In this document: in pieces, positions 21,861 through 35,666 of the stretch
How the letters are laid out: each line of letters begins with the position of its first letter
Position numbering within the stretch: the stretch's first letter is position 1
The notes under the pieces: generated by a model
What the model saw: the letters and a program-made list of their open reading frames with translations, nothing else
Told to the model about the DNA's origin: nothing
The model's database searches: none
Origin: Eledone cirrhosa
Taxonomy: Eukaryota
Direction of reading: 5' to 3'
Assembly (NCBI GenBank): GCA_964016885.1
Contig: OZ024743.1
Location: 89,590,001 to 89,654,000, forward strand
Length of the DNA stretch: 64,000 nucleotides
Program-made: the position numbers and the translations under genes

Positions 21861-22741
21861 GAACCATCAGTGTGCGCATGCCACAGACTATCTTTCACAA
21901 TATTGTTTGAAAAATAACTGCTTCTCTATTTTGTTCTGTGCAGACTTAGAAATCCCAACCTTCATTTTCTTGAGAAGTGTTTTTAAATCCGAAATATTGA
22001 AATGCAAGGTAAAAATGTAAACTATCGTCTTTGTTTTGCTTTGAGTTGTTTCTGTTTACATTCATTACTTTATTTTTATATTAGCATTGTAATGGCTGCT
22101 TAAACACTAGTTTTATTTCACAATGATTCATATTAAATTTAATAGTCCTGATATATATATATGAGAGAGAGAAAGAGAGAGGGAGAAAGAGGGAGAGAGA
22201 GAGAGTATGTGTGTGTATTGTGTATGTGGGAGGGAGAGAGAGAGAATGTGTGTGTGTGTGATAGAGAGAGAGTATGTTTGTGTGTGTATTCATACATATA
22301 TAGAATTCAGTGTTGCCATCGCTGCCGAAATGCAACAGGATTCGACAAATCCAGAACACATACACACACGCCCATACACATACACACATATTCATACACA
22401 CGTACACACAATGGCGCTTTGCCAAGACTTGGGTCAGAAAGTGCTTTGTGTATGTTACGTATGTTGTTGATATTTTCGAGAAAAAAAGCCATTTAACTTC
22501 AATATGTGGCAATGTTAATGACAAAGTGAATTAGTGTAAAGTCATTAAGCAGAGATTTCCTGTGTTCACTTGCAGCGATAAACGAGGACGTCATATTTTA
22601 CTCACATCCAAACACGTTATATCGGCAATGTCCTTTCCACTCGTCTTATAAAACTGTCTTTACAAATGTCCGTACTCACTTCACTGTTTCACTTTCATTC
22701 TACCAACATTTCTCTCTCTCTCTCTGGGAGAAGCAAGTGGG

Positions 22742-22787
<46 letters not shown>

Positions 22788-23449
22788 CTAGCCGAATTAC
22801 CCGCGCCTTGCTGCGTTTCACACATTTTTTTTTTTTTTGTAAAAAATGATGATTGATTTTAAATCAGTGATATAATTTATGGAGGAAAAATAAAGGGAAA
22901 ATGTTTAAAAAATTGAAGCATAAACTAATAATTGTTTCTACTTTAGGCACAAGGCCAGCAATTACCCAGTGTATTACTTTGCCATAGATAAAATGTCTGA
23001 ATTAGCCAAATTTTACTATAAAAAAGAGGTGCTTTTTTTGTTGATTTTCGTTTAATTAATAGAAAACCCCCGTGATAATAGAGGTTCCAATACTCAGGTT
23101 ATGGGCTTCCAAAATGTTCACTATAGGGCGTTTAGCCCCATTAGGGTGTCTTAACATTATTGAAATTTGCTGATTTTTGTGATTAGGCATCATATCTTGT
23201 CATTTACCTATGGTTTAAATTTCATATAAATCGAAGGGAAAACATTTTCAGCAGCGGTTTGTGCCCCCGGTAAACCTTTTGATTAAAATGAAATATACTT
23301 TGATTAAAATGAAATATGCTTTGATTAAAATGAAATGAGCAATGTAGTTTCAGAATGTATATGGTTATGGAGGTCTATCTCCAAAACCACAGGTGGAGTT
23401 CGTGAACAAGCAAACAAACAGGCAGTAACTACAACTTTATTATATAAGA
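22788..23449 (-). mobile_element. Non-autonomous Helitron-like element
   Basis: Minus strand begins A|TCTTATATAATAAAG, has a (TTTG)n stretch near the 5' end, and ends with an imperfect GC-rich hairpin plus CTAG|T; lies in (AT)n. Confidence 0.65.
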
Positions 23450-23763
23450 TATGTACATATATATACATATAAAACTATTTTGTATATACACAAATACACG
23501 CACACATACACACACACACGCACATACATATATATATATATGTGTACATATATATGTATATATGTATAGATATATGTATATATATATATGTATATAAATA
23601 TATGTGTGTGTATGTATATATATATATATATATGTGTGTGTATATATATATATATTTCTGTATATACAATATATTTTTATATGTATATATGTGTGTGTTT
23701 GTGTGTGTGTCCCCAACATACTTAGCTATCTATCTAGAATAATCTCTCCCATACAATACAACA

Positions 23764-23835
<72 letters not shown>

Positions 23836-24071
23836 TACACACACATTCACTATTACCCCCACCGTCTACTCCCGCAACACAATATACTACAATACTTCTT
23901 ATTTCGATTCTTTGGAATGTATTGATCACTCAGTGTGTAATGAATGTTTCTGGAGGGAAGAAGAGCGACTTGCAGTTGTCTTTATTGTCTCTAATCACTT
24001 CCTGTGTGTGTAGAATCACATTTACTTCCCTCCAATTACTTCCGCAACATGGACAGGCAGACGAGAGACAG

Positions 24072-24258
24072 ATATGTTCTGGAATATACAGTGACTATGC
24101 CAAAGCCGGCCATTAAACACTCGTATACATGAAACTGACTGACCTATCTGCGGTTATGCAAATCTGGCTGATCAGTCGGTTTGCAGATCTTACTGATCAG
24201 GCAGTCTCTGCTAATATGAGAATCAGGCCGATCAGTCACTGTATATTCTAGAAAATAT
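24072..24258. mobile_element. Small MITE/foldback
   Basis: 25-bp inverted repeats ATATGTTCTGGAATATACAGTGACT / AGTCACTGTATATTCTAGAAAATAT. Confidence 0.55.
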
Positions 24259-24969
24259 CATATATTGGCCTACAAAATGGCTCAAATAGGTTGTGTTTAT
24301 CATCTCTTCCAGCCAAACTTCCTCCAATGCATAGTGTTGAGAGTCGGTATGCTTGACCTGGGCAGTGGGGTGAGCTCCTACTGGCCTACAAAATGTCTCA
24401 AATAGGTTGTGTTAATCCCCTCTGCTGGACAAACTCCCTCCTATGTGTCCTTGTTGCTGCATTGGCTCCACCAAATTGGGTGAAACTGAGAGCTCAGTGC
24501 TATAACTGATGCAATGCTTGGATTGCATTATCCTAAAGTGCATATACTGCCGGCTGGGCACTGCTTGTGAAACCAATCACCTGAAGAAACTCCATTGAAA
24601 TGAACTAACACCATGACTTTCTTCGATTGAGCCGGCACAATCTAACCCAGGTGAACGCCGCCACAAGTACAAGCAGCAGTATTACCATCACTTCAATGAC
24701 CATAACACCGTCTTCAATTATACTGTTTCCTGTCATGCGCATTTACAAGTCAATAGAAATGATGTAAATTGCGATTATTTCCCATCTGTGAAACTTTACA
24801 TCTTACTAAACTTTCAGAATATAGTAGAATGGAGATAAATATTGGTCAATTTATTAAAACTCTTGCGACCGATAGAAAGTATTAGCAATTGGAAAGACTA
24901 ACGGAAACATTGTTTCCTCGGTCCGATTCGACGAAAGTCGATCGATCCTTTATTGAAATTACCAATCAT

Positions 24970-25095
24970 GTTTTATTTATCGACCGCGTAAGGATGAAAG
25001 GTAAAGCTAACCTCGGCGGGATTTGAACTTAAAATGTAAGGGACCGTAACTCTATGCCACGAAGTATGCTGTCCGACACTCTACCGATTCTGCGA
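24970..25095 (-). mobile_element. Family A SINE
   Basis: TTTATCGACC..TAAGGATGAAAGG..CCTCGGCGGGATTTGAACT. Confidence 0.75.
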
Positions 25096-25514
25096 AAATT
25101 TCTAGCATTTGCAGACGGCCACACTGCTTTGTGGAAGAAGGGGGTGGGGGAAAAGTTATTGTCGTTCAAATATAACTCAGTATGTCTGGTATAGAATGCA
25201 GTATTAAAAATATAAAGCAAAACTCCCCTGGAACATAACTATATATATGAAAGAAGAAAACATACAATGTTATAATTATAATCATAAAAATGTAGAAATA
25301 TATAGATATATGTTTGTGTATGTGTGTGAGAGAATCAAGGTAAATTATTTTTTTATTTGAAACATTACTTGTGGAAAGAATAAACTTCGAAGAGTAAGCA
25401 CTTTCAAATATTTCTCCTTGGACAGAAAATCATAAGAGATGTTATAGTGACCGGAGGGAGGATTAGTAGAAAGTATTTTCACTCCATAGCTAACGCTTTT
25501 CATTCAAAAACAGA

Positions 25515-25565
<51 letters not shown>

Positions 25566-25933
25566 TAAACGGAATAGAAAATGCTGACAAATTGTTCACA
25601 GTTGAAAAATAGTTTAATTAGGAATAAAAGAGTATTAGTAATTGTATGGGTTAGTATTCAGTTGTGGTTTTAAATTTTTAAGTTTTTACCGGCTGCGCAT
25701 TTCTGAATGGTTTTCAAAAATAATTTTGAGATAGAGTGTCCGTGTTGTTTGCTCTGATCTGATTAGTTTTGGGAAATTCTACCTGTTTTTATGTTAAAAA
25801 AAAGTGGCTCCAGCGCTACTTTGGTGTTGCAAAAATTCTTGTGGTCAAAACAATTTTGATTGGTCGGTAGAGGTCATGTGAATGTAAAAAATTGATTTTG
25901 CGCCAAGACTGAGAAATGACTCTTTCACAACAA

Positions 25934-26015
<82 letters not shown>

Positions 26016-26106
26016 TAGTAGTAGTAGTGTTCGATGTTGTGATAATGGTTAGCAGGGATGTGTGTGCGAACCGCAGCCTGTTGACAGTTCAAATGGCTAT
26101 TAAGAT

Positions 26107-26205
<99 letters not shown>

Positions 26206-26404
26206 GCAGAGTAATTCGTGCTAGCGGGATGGTCAGTAGGAATGTGTCTGTAAGCAGTGGGGGTATTTTAGCATGTCAAAAGATATTTTTCAGCTTTTGT
26301 CTTATACGGAGAAGTGTGTGTGTGTGTGTGTATAAGTCTCTTTGTATGTTAATGTACGCGTGTGTATGTGTGTGTGTGTGTATATATATATGTGTGTGTG
26401 TGTG

Positions 26405-26440
<36 letters not shown>

Positions 26441-26607
26441 AGAATGTGTGTGTGTGTGGGTGGACCAGTATTTTTTTCCCCTGGTAAAATGGTGTACATT
26501 ATTCGATATTTTCAGTAAAATCGGTTCTCTTAATAGAACATCAAAAATCTTAACAATAAAAGGTGTGAAATGATATTCACTATATATATATATATATATA
26601 CATATAT

Positions 26608-26794
<187 letters not shown>

Positions 26795-27242
26795 CGCAAT
26801 CTCCGCACCCTCCTCGTCCACAGCTCCCTACCCCCCAACCCACGCTCTTCTCCCCCCCGGTTCCTTTCCCTGTTCAAGGTCCCGCTGCAACACCTGTCCC
26901 CACATCACCAACACCACCACCTTCCAGGGTCCCAACGGCCACTCTCTCTCTGTCCGGCGTGCCTTCCGCTGCACCTACTCCAACCTAGTCTACGGACTTC
27001 GCTGCACGGAGTGCAGCGCGACTTACGTCGGACAGACGGGACGTCGCCTGGCGGACCGATTCACTGAGCACCTCCGGGATATTCGTCTCGGTGGTAGTTC
27101 CCCCATCGCCCGCCACTTTGGTGCCCCTGGACATTCCGCACGCCATCTCACAGCCAATCTCCTCAGAGTTGAACAAAGAACCATCTTCATCTTACAGATA
27201 TACACTCCCCCCGGCCTAAACTCCCCACCCTTATTCCTTTAG
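26795..27242 (+). pseudogene. Penelope-like Cys-rich linker + GIY-YIG endonuclease, frameshifted
   Basis: [10 protein letters not shown]...[16 protein letters not shown]...[41 protein letters not shown]...PIARHF...EQRTIFIL...PPGLN. Confidence 0.85.
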
Positions 27243-28654
27243 CCCTCGACCGTCCCCCTCCTCCCACACATATACCCCACTAACAATACTAACACCTCCA
27301 ATCCACCCCTCATCCGACCACCCTTCCCCAACTAACATACTAACATCCCTCCCTTCTTCCCCTCCCCCCTCCTTATCACACGCACACACCCACCGGCACA
27401 TATATATACACGCGCTCACACTAAACACACACCCTACTACTACCACTAACCCTCACCCCAACACCTCCATCCCACCACCCCGCAACTAACATCACTAACA
27501 CCCCCTGACCCCAAGCACACGAACACACGCACCCACTTACACCACCCACCCCACACGCAACTAACATCACTAACACCCCCCAACCCCACACACACGTACC
27601 CACACACCCTCGTACACCACCAACTCTACACACCCTACCACCACTAAACCCCACTCACACCTGCATTCAACCCTTTCTCCACCTCCCGTATACTAACACC
27701 CACTAACACCACCTTCATCAAACTACACACACACAAGTACACCACACTCCCTCCATCGACCCCCACACCTTTCTCTCCCCGCTCCACCCACACCCTTTCT
27801 CCACACTCACTCATCACACTAACACCTCTACTAATACACACACACACCCTCCTCACTCCAACATTTACACCTACCCATCCTCACCCCTTTACCATTCCAC
27901 CCGACTGCTGCTATGCCCTCTGACCACCTCCCAGCACATACAGACACACAGTACTCCTACCACCTTGACCACTTCCTGTTGCGCGCGCACCCCACATCTC
28001 TCCTCTTCCGACCATCTCTTCATGGAATACTCGTGGAGCTTGACCGTGGAATCTACTACCATCATAGGAGTTTACCAACATTTCAACCACATCCTCTTAC
28101 GGAATCACCTATATAACTCACCCACACACACACCCCCAACATTTTTTTCTCCCACACGCCACCTACACCCACAACACGCTTAAACCCCACACACACGTGC
28201 TTTCCACCACATATTTACACCTTCAGCCTCCGGATTCCTTTCCCCCCACCCCTCTATCCCCACACGCACACACACTCCGACCTACACCCCACCCCACACA
28301 CACCTCTTCCTGAACATGCAACCCCGTTCTTCCCCCAACCCTTGCTTTCACATACACACACACACACGTACACCTACACACACACACCACCTTCAGCCCC
28401 CCCTCTAGGACACCCCGTCTCCCTCTCGCTACTCCACCCGCCACCACACCCTTCCACCACCTGTTTTACCCCTTTTTAATTTCAGTTTATTTTGATCATG
28501 CTTTTATTTTTATTTCATTTCATTTTATTTTGATCATGCTTTATTTTTATTTTTATTTTTTATTTCATTCGCACCGCCCCCCCCCCCCCCTTCGCTATAT
28601 GTCTCTCCACCACTCCCCTACACACCCTTTGAACTCTCTTCCCACACACTTCTC

Positions 28655-28686
28655 ACCTGAGGAAGGGCTTATGCCCGAAACGTCGT
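28655..28686 (+). ncRNA. Minimal hammerhead ribozyme motif
   Basis: CTGAGGA-A-GGGC-TTAT-GCCC-GAAAC-GTC at the Penelope 3' end; stem I is weak. Confidence 0.65.
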
Positions 28687-28775
28687 TCCCCACCACCACC
28701 CCACTCTCCAAAGCGTGAAATTAATAAACATTCGTTGTACTGCCTCTCTGTTTTGTTCCTGTTCAAATTTTCCAT

Positions 28776-28829
<54 letters not shown>

Positions 28830-29029
28830 TTATTAGTACACATTAAAGGTTTATGCAAAAAATGTCTGCTTTCAAGGGTGAAAGCAAAAATTCTTTGCTA
28901 AAACATTTAATCTGTACTAATAATATATATTTGCTCTACGGGTTTATATATCCTTATATATATATACAAGCCTTATCGAGTTCTCTTTGGATTTTGTTTT
29001 TTGCATTAATTATTACTATAAAATGTGTG

Positions 29030-29085
<56 letters not shown>

Positions 29086-29565
29086 TGTGCAGGATATCCG
29101 TAGATGATATATATATGTTTGCAAAGGGAAGTAAGGTTCTGTTCAAAACAATCGTTATAGAGAAAAGGGGAAATTGGAAATAGCACGGAAAATATATTTA
29201 TGGGTCTGTTTTTCTTTTCTTTTTTTCCTTTCTTTGATTCGTCAAAGTGACATTATTGAAAAAATGAGAGGGACAATTCTTAAAAAAAAAAAGAGTTTTA
29301 TAATGTATATAAAAAATATAAAGTATTACCGGTTTCGATGTATTAGTAAAATTCATCTTATCAAATGTTGAGTATTACAATTAAAAAGAATTAATAAGAA
29401 TTAAAAACTAAAAATTAAAAGTTTTTTCATCTTCCTTGTTGAGAAAGAGACTGGAAAAATGAACTCTTGTGTATATAGAGAGAGGTGTAGTCATGTGTAT
29501 GTATATGTATATGTGCCTCTGTGTGTGTGTATGATATAATACAGTGTGATGTAACCCGGTACTTC

Positions 29566-29602
29566 CAGCTGTTTCAAAACGAAAATACGTCTATATCATC
29601 AG
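29566..29602 (-). ncRNA. Degenerate hammerhead-like motif
   Basis: Minus strand CTGATGA-N20-GAAACAGCTG with a palindromic stem III; stem II is imperfect. Confidence 0.4.
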
Positions 29603-29682
29603 GTGCATTTGAGAAATATGTTGATTGCTCTTTTATTTATTTTGGACCCACAACTGAATGATTATATATATATATATGTGTG

Positions 29683-29751
<69 letters not shown>

Positions 29752-29794
29752 ATATATTGTTATACTTTCGGAGGGTCATGCAAATCCCAAAACC

Positions 29795-29882
<88 letters not shown>

Positions 29883-29908
29883 CCCGGGTTCAATCAGGGG
29901 TAACCACA

Positions 29909-29978
<70 letters not shown>

Positions 29979-29980
29979 GC

Positions 29981-30016
<36 letters not shown>

Positions 30017-30053
30017 GTCTGCGTGTGTGCGTGTGTATGTGTGCATGCATGCG

Positions 30054-30100
<47 letters not shown>

Positions 30101-30427
30101 GTGTGTATGTTTGTGTGTGTGTGTGTAAACATATAGAAAATATAAAGGTAAATATAAAGAAATGTATGGCATTAAACAAACTTACATACTTTGTTTTACG
30201 TAAAGACTTGAATTTTGCTCTTCGACAAAAACGACTGAGGTAATAAACATGTCCATGAAGACTGCAGAACATTCCAGAAAGAAAGAGAAAAGGAAAGAGA
30301 AAGACACTTGTATTAGTAAATTGCATGCACTAGAGACATTATTAGTAGATAGAAGACACACAACTGTAGTATAATACATACTACACTTATATACATGCTC
30401 TCATACATTTACTTATACACCCAAACG

Positions 30428-30464
<37 letters not shown>

Positions 30465-30826
30465 TAAAAGAGAAAACACAGGTAAGCATTAATATATATA
30501 TATATGCATGTGTACACATATACACATGTATATTTATACACACACACACACATATATATATATATACATTCATACTCATACACACACACATATATATACA
30601 TAGATACTCTCTCTCTCTCTCTCACACACACATATACATATATACACACATATATATAAGTATAATGCATGTTACATATATACATACATATATATATATA
30701 CATGTATAATATACGTTTACATATATACATACATATATATATATATGTATAATATATGTTTACATATATACATATATACCTATATATATATAATACAGTT
30801 TACATAAATACATATGTACACACACG

Positions 30827-30862
<36 letters not shown>

Positions 30863-30892
30863 ATGCATGTTTACATATATATATATAATGCA

Positions 30893-30947
<55 letters not shown>

Positions 30948-31193
30948 GTGTGTAGTATTGTGTTACATATGACATAACAAGCATTACAGTTATTAGTACA
31001 TTAGTACATACCAAATCTGAAATAAAAACCTGTTTTATAACAAGAAATAATTCTAATATTATGTTACACATTCTAACAGTAACATGCTGTTGTTTTATTA
31101 GGATATAGGGACTACGGAATTGTGTCACACATGCTACACTATATTGTAATACTACAATTATTCAAACATCTACGAATGCAAATTATTGATCAA

Positions 31194-31435
31194 CAGGGGC
31201 AGTGGAATCTTTTCTGAATTGGAGGAGTGGTGCACATTTGGTCAATTTAGTTTTAGTGATTAATTTAGCTCTTTGCACTCTAAAATGCTCGGAAAACTTC
31301 GATAGGTGATAAATATAAATGTACATAAATTGTAGTGCATTATACAAATAGATGTGAGTTTTGGTAGTTTGGAAAGAAAAATATAATTATCGGGGGCGCG
31401 GGACACATGGCCCTCTATCAGTTCCACCGCCTCTG
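31194..31435. mobile_element. Harbinger-like MITE
   Basis: TIRs CAGGGGCAGTGGAA / TTCCACCGCCTCTG. Confidence 0.45.
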
Positions 31436-32356
31436 GTCAATGAACACAACATCACTGTATCCAGGAAGTCACGCTGTGTTTAAGGCCTTACATCATGCAC
31501 CCTTCATCAACGGAGTTTAATTAAACGTCAGCCTGTGTCCAATTGGTATTCTAATGAACAATCGATCATTTCTATTCAGCCATAGTTCTCAATGTATTCA
31601 ATTATTTATTACGTAATAGCAATCATAATAAAATTTGACATTAGAATCGTATCCATTCTATTTCTTTTTAAACAATTTGTGTCATTTTATATTGATATTT
31701 GATATAAATAAACATATGTCAAATATAGTTTACAGACAGAAGTCATACAATGGTGGTAATATTTTGATATCTTGATACCTGTTATGCATAAACATATGAT
31801 ATTAACTATATTTTACAGACAGAAGTCATACAATGGTGGAAATATTTTGTTATACATAAACATATTATGTCAGCTATATTTTACAAACAGAAGTCATACA
31901 ATGGTGGAAATATTAAAAAACAAATATAAAAACAAGGCGGAAAGAGTACAGAAGGGACAATCTAGCTGTATAGGAAAGTAAAGGAAACGACTATAAATGC
32001 CATAAATGTGAAGAAAGGGAGCGAAAGAGCAATTATTATTAGGTAACGGGAGAAAGAGAGAGGGTGACAGACTCTGTGCCTAGGACGGGGCGGTATTTCG
32101 GTTGTACCTAGCGGACAAAATTGCAAAGGTATTTCCGTGGACAATGGCCACGGACACCATCTGCAACAGCAACTTAGCATTTAATATAATCTAGTTGTCG
32201 CAATATATAGACGTGTCTCTTTATCTGAGCTTTTACATTTGTAATACATACATACACACGTACATGTGTGTGTACGTGTGTGTGTGTGCGTATGTATATG
32301 TGTAAGCTCATGTGAATTAGAATACTGTGGCGATTAAACATAGTATTAGAAGCTTT

Positions 32357-32545
32357 CACTGTATAGTGACTAGAAAAAATAGTCTAATACTAGGGTATAT
32401 GAACCCCTAATAACGTCTAATACTAGGGTATATGAACCCCTAATAACGGAAACAATTAGGTATCAGCACAATGTCCATTTTGTTCCGTTATAGGAGTTCA
32501 TATACCATAATATTAGACTATTTTCTGAAGTCACTATAAGGTGAA
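32357..32545. mobile_element. Foldback MITE with an internal 33-bp tandem duplication
   Basis: TATAGTGACT..AATAGTCTAATA..GGTATATGAAC..TAACGG mirrored by CCGTTA..GTTCATATACC..TATTAGACTATT..AGTCACTATA; similar hairpin at 57677-57800. Confidence 0.55.
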
Positions 32546-32561
32546 CACTTCTAATTCTCTC

Positions 32562-32604
<43 letters not shown>

Positions 32605-33036
32605 AACGCATGCACACACATAAACAGTCACACATACTCCTACACACACCCGGGGAACTTAACTCCAACAGAAAGAAGCAAATCATTTGAGTTGTTAGCG
32701 GGTGATCCACGAAATATATTATCGAAATCTGAATAGAGAATTCAATTTGTGATGAGAATACTGTTAATTGGAGTCGTCTTATCCCATGACCAGGTCATTT
32801 GCTTTCAGATACCTCGAGATCCCTCTAGTACTCCACTCTTTCACCACACTATAGCTGACAAGTAATGCTGTATCAACTCAATCCATGCCCAAGTCCCTAG
32901 TATTTTAGGTATTCCGGACCCCTTCTACTTCAATATGTCACCCACTACGGCTGACAGTCTCACCCTGGTATGGTTTATTTAATTTCTATTACACAACAGA
33001 TTATCAAAAAGGCAGGAGGCTAAATTAAATACAAGA

Positions 33037-35430
33037 ATTGAAGGAGCTGGTGCAGTAATACACCAGCTTCAGCATACAATTGAAGGAACTGGTGCAGTAA
33101 TACACCAGCTTCAGCATACAATTGAAGGACCTGGTGCAGTAATACACCAGCTTCAGCATACAATTGAAGGAGCTGGTGCAGTAATACACCCGCTTCAGCA
33201 TACAATTGAAGGACCTGGTGCAGTAATACACCCGCTTCAGCATACAATTGAAGGACCTGGTGCAGTAATACACCAGCTTCAGCATACAATTTAAGGACCT
33301 GGTGCAGTAATACACCAGCTTCAGCATACAATTGAAGGACCTGGTGCAGTAATACACCAGCTTCAGCATACAATTGAAGGACCTGGTGCAGTAATACACC
33401 CGCTTCAGCATACAATTGAAGGACCTGGTGCAGTAATACACCAGCTTCAGCATACAATTGAAGGACCTGGTGCAGTAATACACCAGCTTCAGCATACAAT
33501 TGAAGGACCTGGTGCAGTAATACACCCGCTTCAGCATACAATTGAAGGACCTGGTGCAGTAATACACCCGCTTCAGCATACAATTGAAGGACCTGGTGCA
33601 GTAATACACCAGCTTCAGCATACAATTGAAGGACCTGGTGCAGTAATACACCAGCTTCAGCATACAATTGAAGGACCTGGTGCAGTAATACACCAGCTTC
33701 AGCATACAATTGAAGGACCTGGTGCAGTAATACACCCGCTTCAGCATACAATTGAAGGACCTGGTGCAGTAATACACCAGCTTCAGCATACAATTGAAGG
33801 ACCTGGTGCAGTAATACACCAGCTTCAGCATACAATTGAAGGACCTGGTGCAGTAATACACCAGCTTCAGCATACAATTGAAGGACCTGGTGCAGTAATA
33901 CACCCGCTTCAGCATACAATTGAAGGACCTGGTGCAGTAATACACCAGCTTCAGCATACAATTGAAGGACCTGGTGCAGTAATACACCCGCTTCAGCATA
34001 CAATTGAAGGACCTGGTGCAGTAATACACCAGCTTCAGCATACAATTGAAGGACCTGGTGCAGTAATACACCAGCTTCAGCATACAATTGAAGGACCTGG
34101 TGCAGTAATACACCAGCTTCAGCATACAATTGAAGGACCTGGTGCAGTAATACACCCGCTTCAGCATACAATTGAAGGACCTGGTGCAGTAATACACCAG
34201 CTTCAGCATACAATTGAAGGACCTGGTGCAGTAATACACCAGCTTCAGCATACAATTGAAGGAGCTGGTGCAGTAATACACCAGCTTCAGCATACAATTG
34301 AAGGACCTGGTGCAGTAATACACCCGCTTCAGCATACAATTGAAGGACCTGGTGCAGTAATACACCCGCTTCAGCATACAATTGAAGGACCTGGTGCAGT
34401 AATACACCAGCTTCAGCATACAATTGAAGGAGCTGGTGCAGTAATACACCAGCTTCAGCATACAATTGAAGGACCTGGTGCAGTAATACACCCGCTTCAG
34501 CATACAATTGAAGGACCTGGTGCAGTAATACACCAGCTTCAGCATACAATTGAAGGACCTGGTGCAGTAATACACCCGCTTCAGCATACAATTGAAGGAC
34601 CTGGTGCAGTAATACACCCGCTTCAGCATACAATTGAAGGAGCTGGTGCAGTAATACACCAGCTTCAGCATACAATTGAAGGACCTGGTGCAGTAATACA
34701 CCCGCTTCAGCATACAATTGAAGGACCTGGTGCAGTAATACACCCGCTTCAGCATACAATTGAAGGACCTGGTGCAGTAATACACCAGCTTCAGCATACA
34801 ATTGAAGGACCTGGTGCAGTAATACACCAGCTTCAGCATACAATTGAAGGAGCTGGTGCAGTAATACACCAGCTTCAGCATACAATTGAAGGACCTGGTG
34901 CAGTAATACACCCGCTTCAGCATACAATTGAAGGAGCTGGTGCAGTAATACACCAGCTTCAGCATACAGTTGAAGGAGCTGGTGCAGTAATACACCAGCT
35001 TCAGCATACAATTGAAGGACCTGGTGCAGTAATACACCAGCTTCAGCATACAATTGAAGGACCTGGTGCAGTAATACACCAGCTTCAGCATACAATTGAA
35101 GGAGCTGGTGCAGTAATACACCAGCTTCAGCATACAATTGAAGGACCTGGTGCAGTAATACACCCGCTTCAGCATACAATTGAAGGAGCTGGTGCAGTAA
35201 TACACCAGCTTCAGCATACAGTTGAAGGAGCTGGTGCAGTAATACACCAGCTTCAGCATACAATTGAAGGAGCTGGTGCAGTAATACACCAGCTTCAGCA
35301 TACAGTTGAAGGAGCTGGTGCAGTAATACACCCGCTTCAGCATACAATTGAAGGAGTTGGTGCAGTAATACACCAGCTTCAGCATACAATTGAAGGACCT
35401 GGTGCAGTAATACACCAGCTTCAGCATACA
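33037..35430. repeat. 42-bp minisatellite, 57 copies
   Basis: Unit ATTGAAGGA(C/G)CTGGTGCAGTAATACACC(A/C)GCTTCAGCATACA; 2394 bp = 57 x 42. Confidence 0.98.
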
Positions 35431-35666
35431 GTAACGAGAGGAAGGAGGTAGGCGTAGAATCAAAACTCGCTGTCTTCAATTCTGTGTACGTGCCAACCCT
35501 TACCTATAGTCATGAATCTTGGGTAACGACAGAAAGAATACAATTGCGAATACAAGCGTCAGAGATGGGTGTTCCTCCGAAGAATCTAGGGAATAACGTT
35601 ACTCGATAGAGTGCGTAGCTCGGAACCCAGAGAGATCTCCAGGTAGAGTCACTATTTCTCCGAATT

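Larger units (their letters stand above)
26795..28775 (+). mobile_element. 5'-truncated Penelope-like element (Neptune-type) between (AT)n tracts
   Basis: GIY-YIG coding remnant, ~1.2-kb C/A-rich 3' region, hammerhead motif at 28657, AATAAA at 28723, (AT)n on both sides. Confidence 0.8.

Noticed and set aside
33020-35479. 819-aa and 812-aa minus-strand ORFs as genes
   Set aside because: By-products of a stop-free 42-bp unit; the unit derives from plus-strand RTE coding sequence
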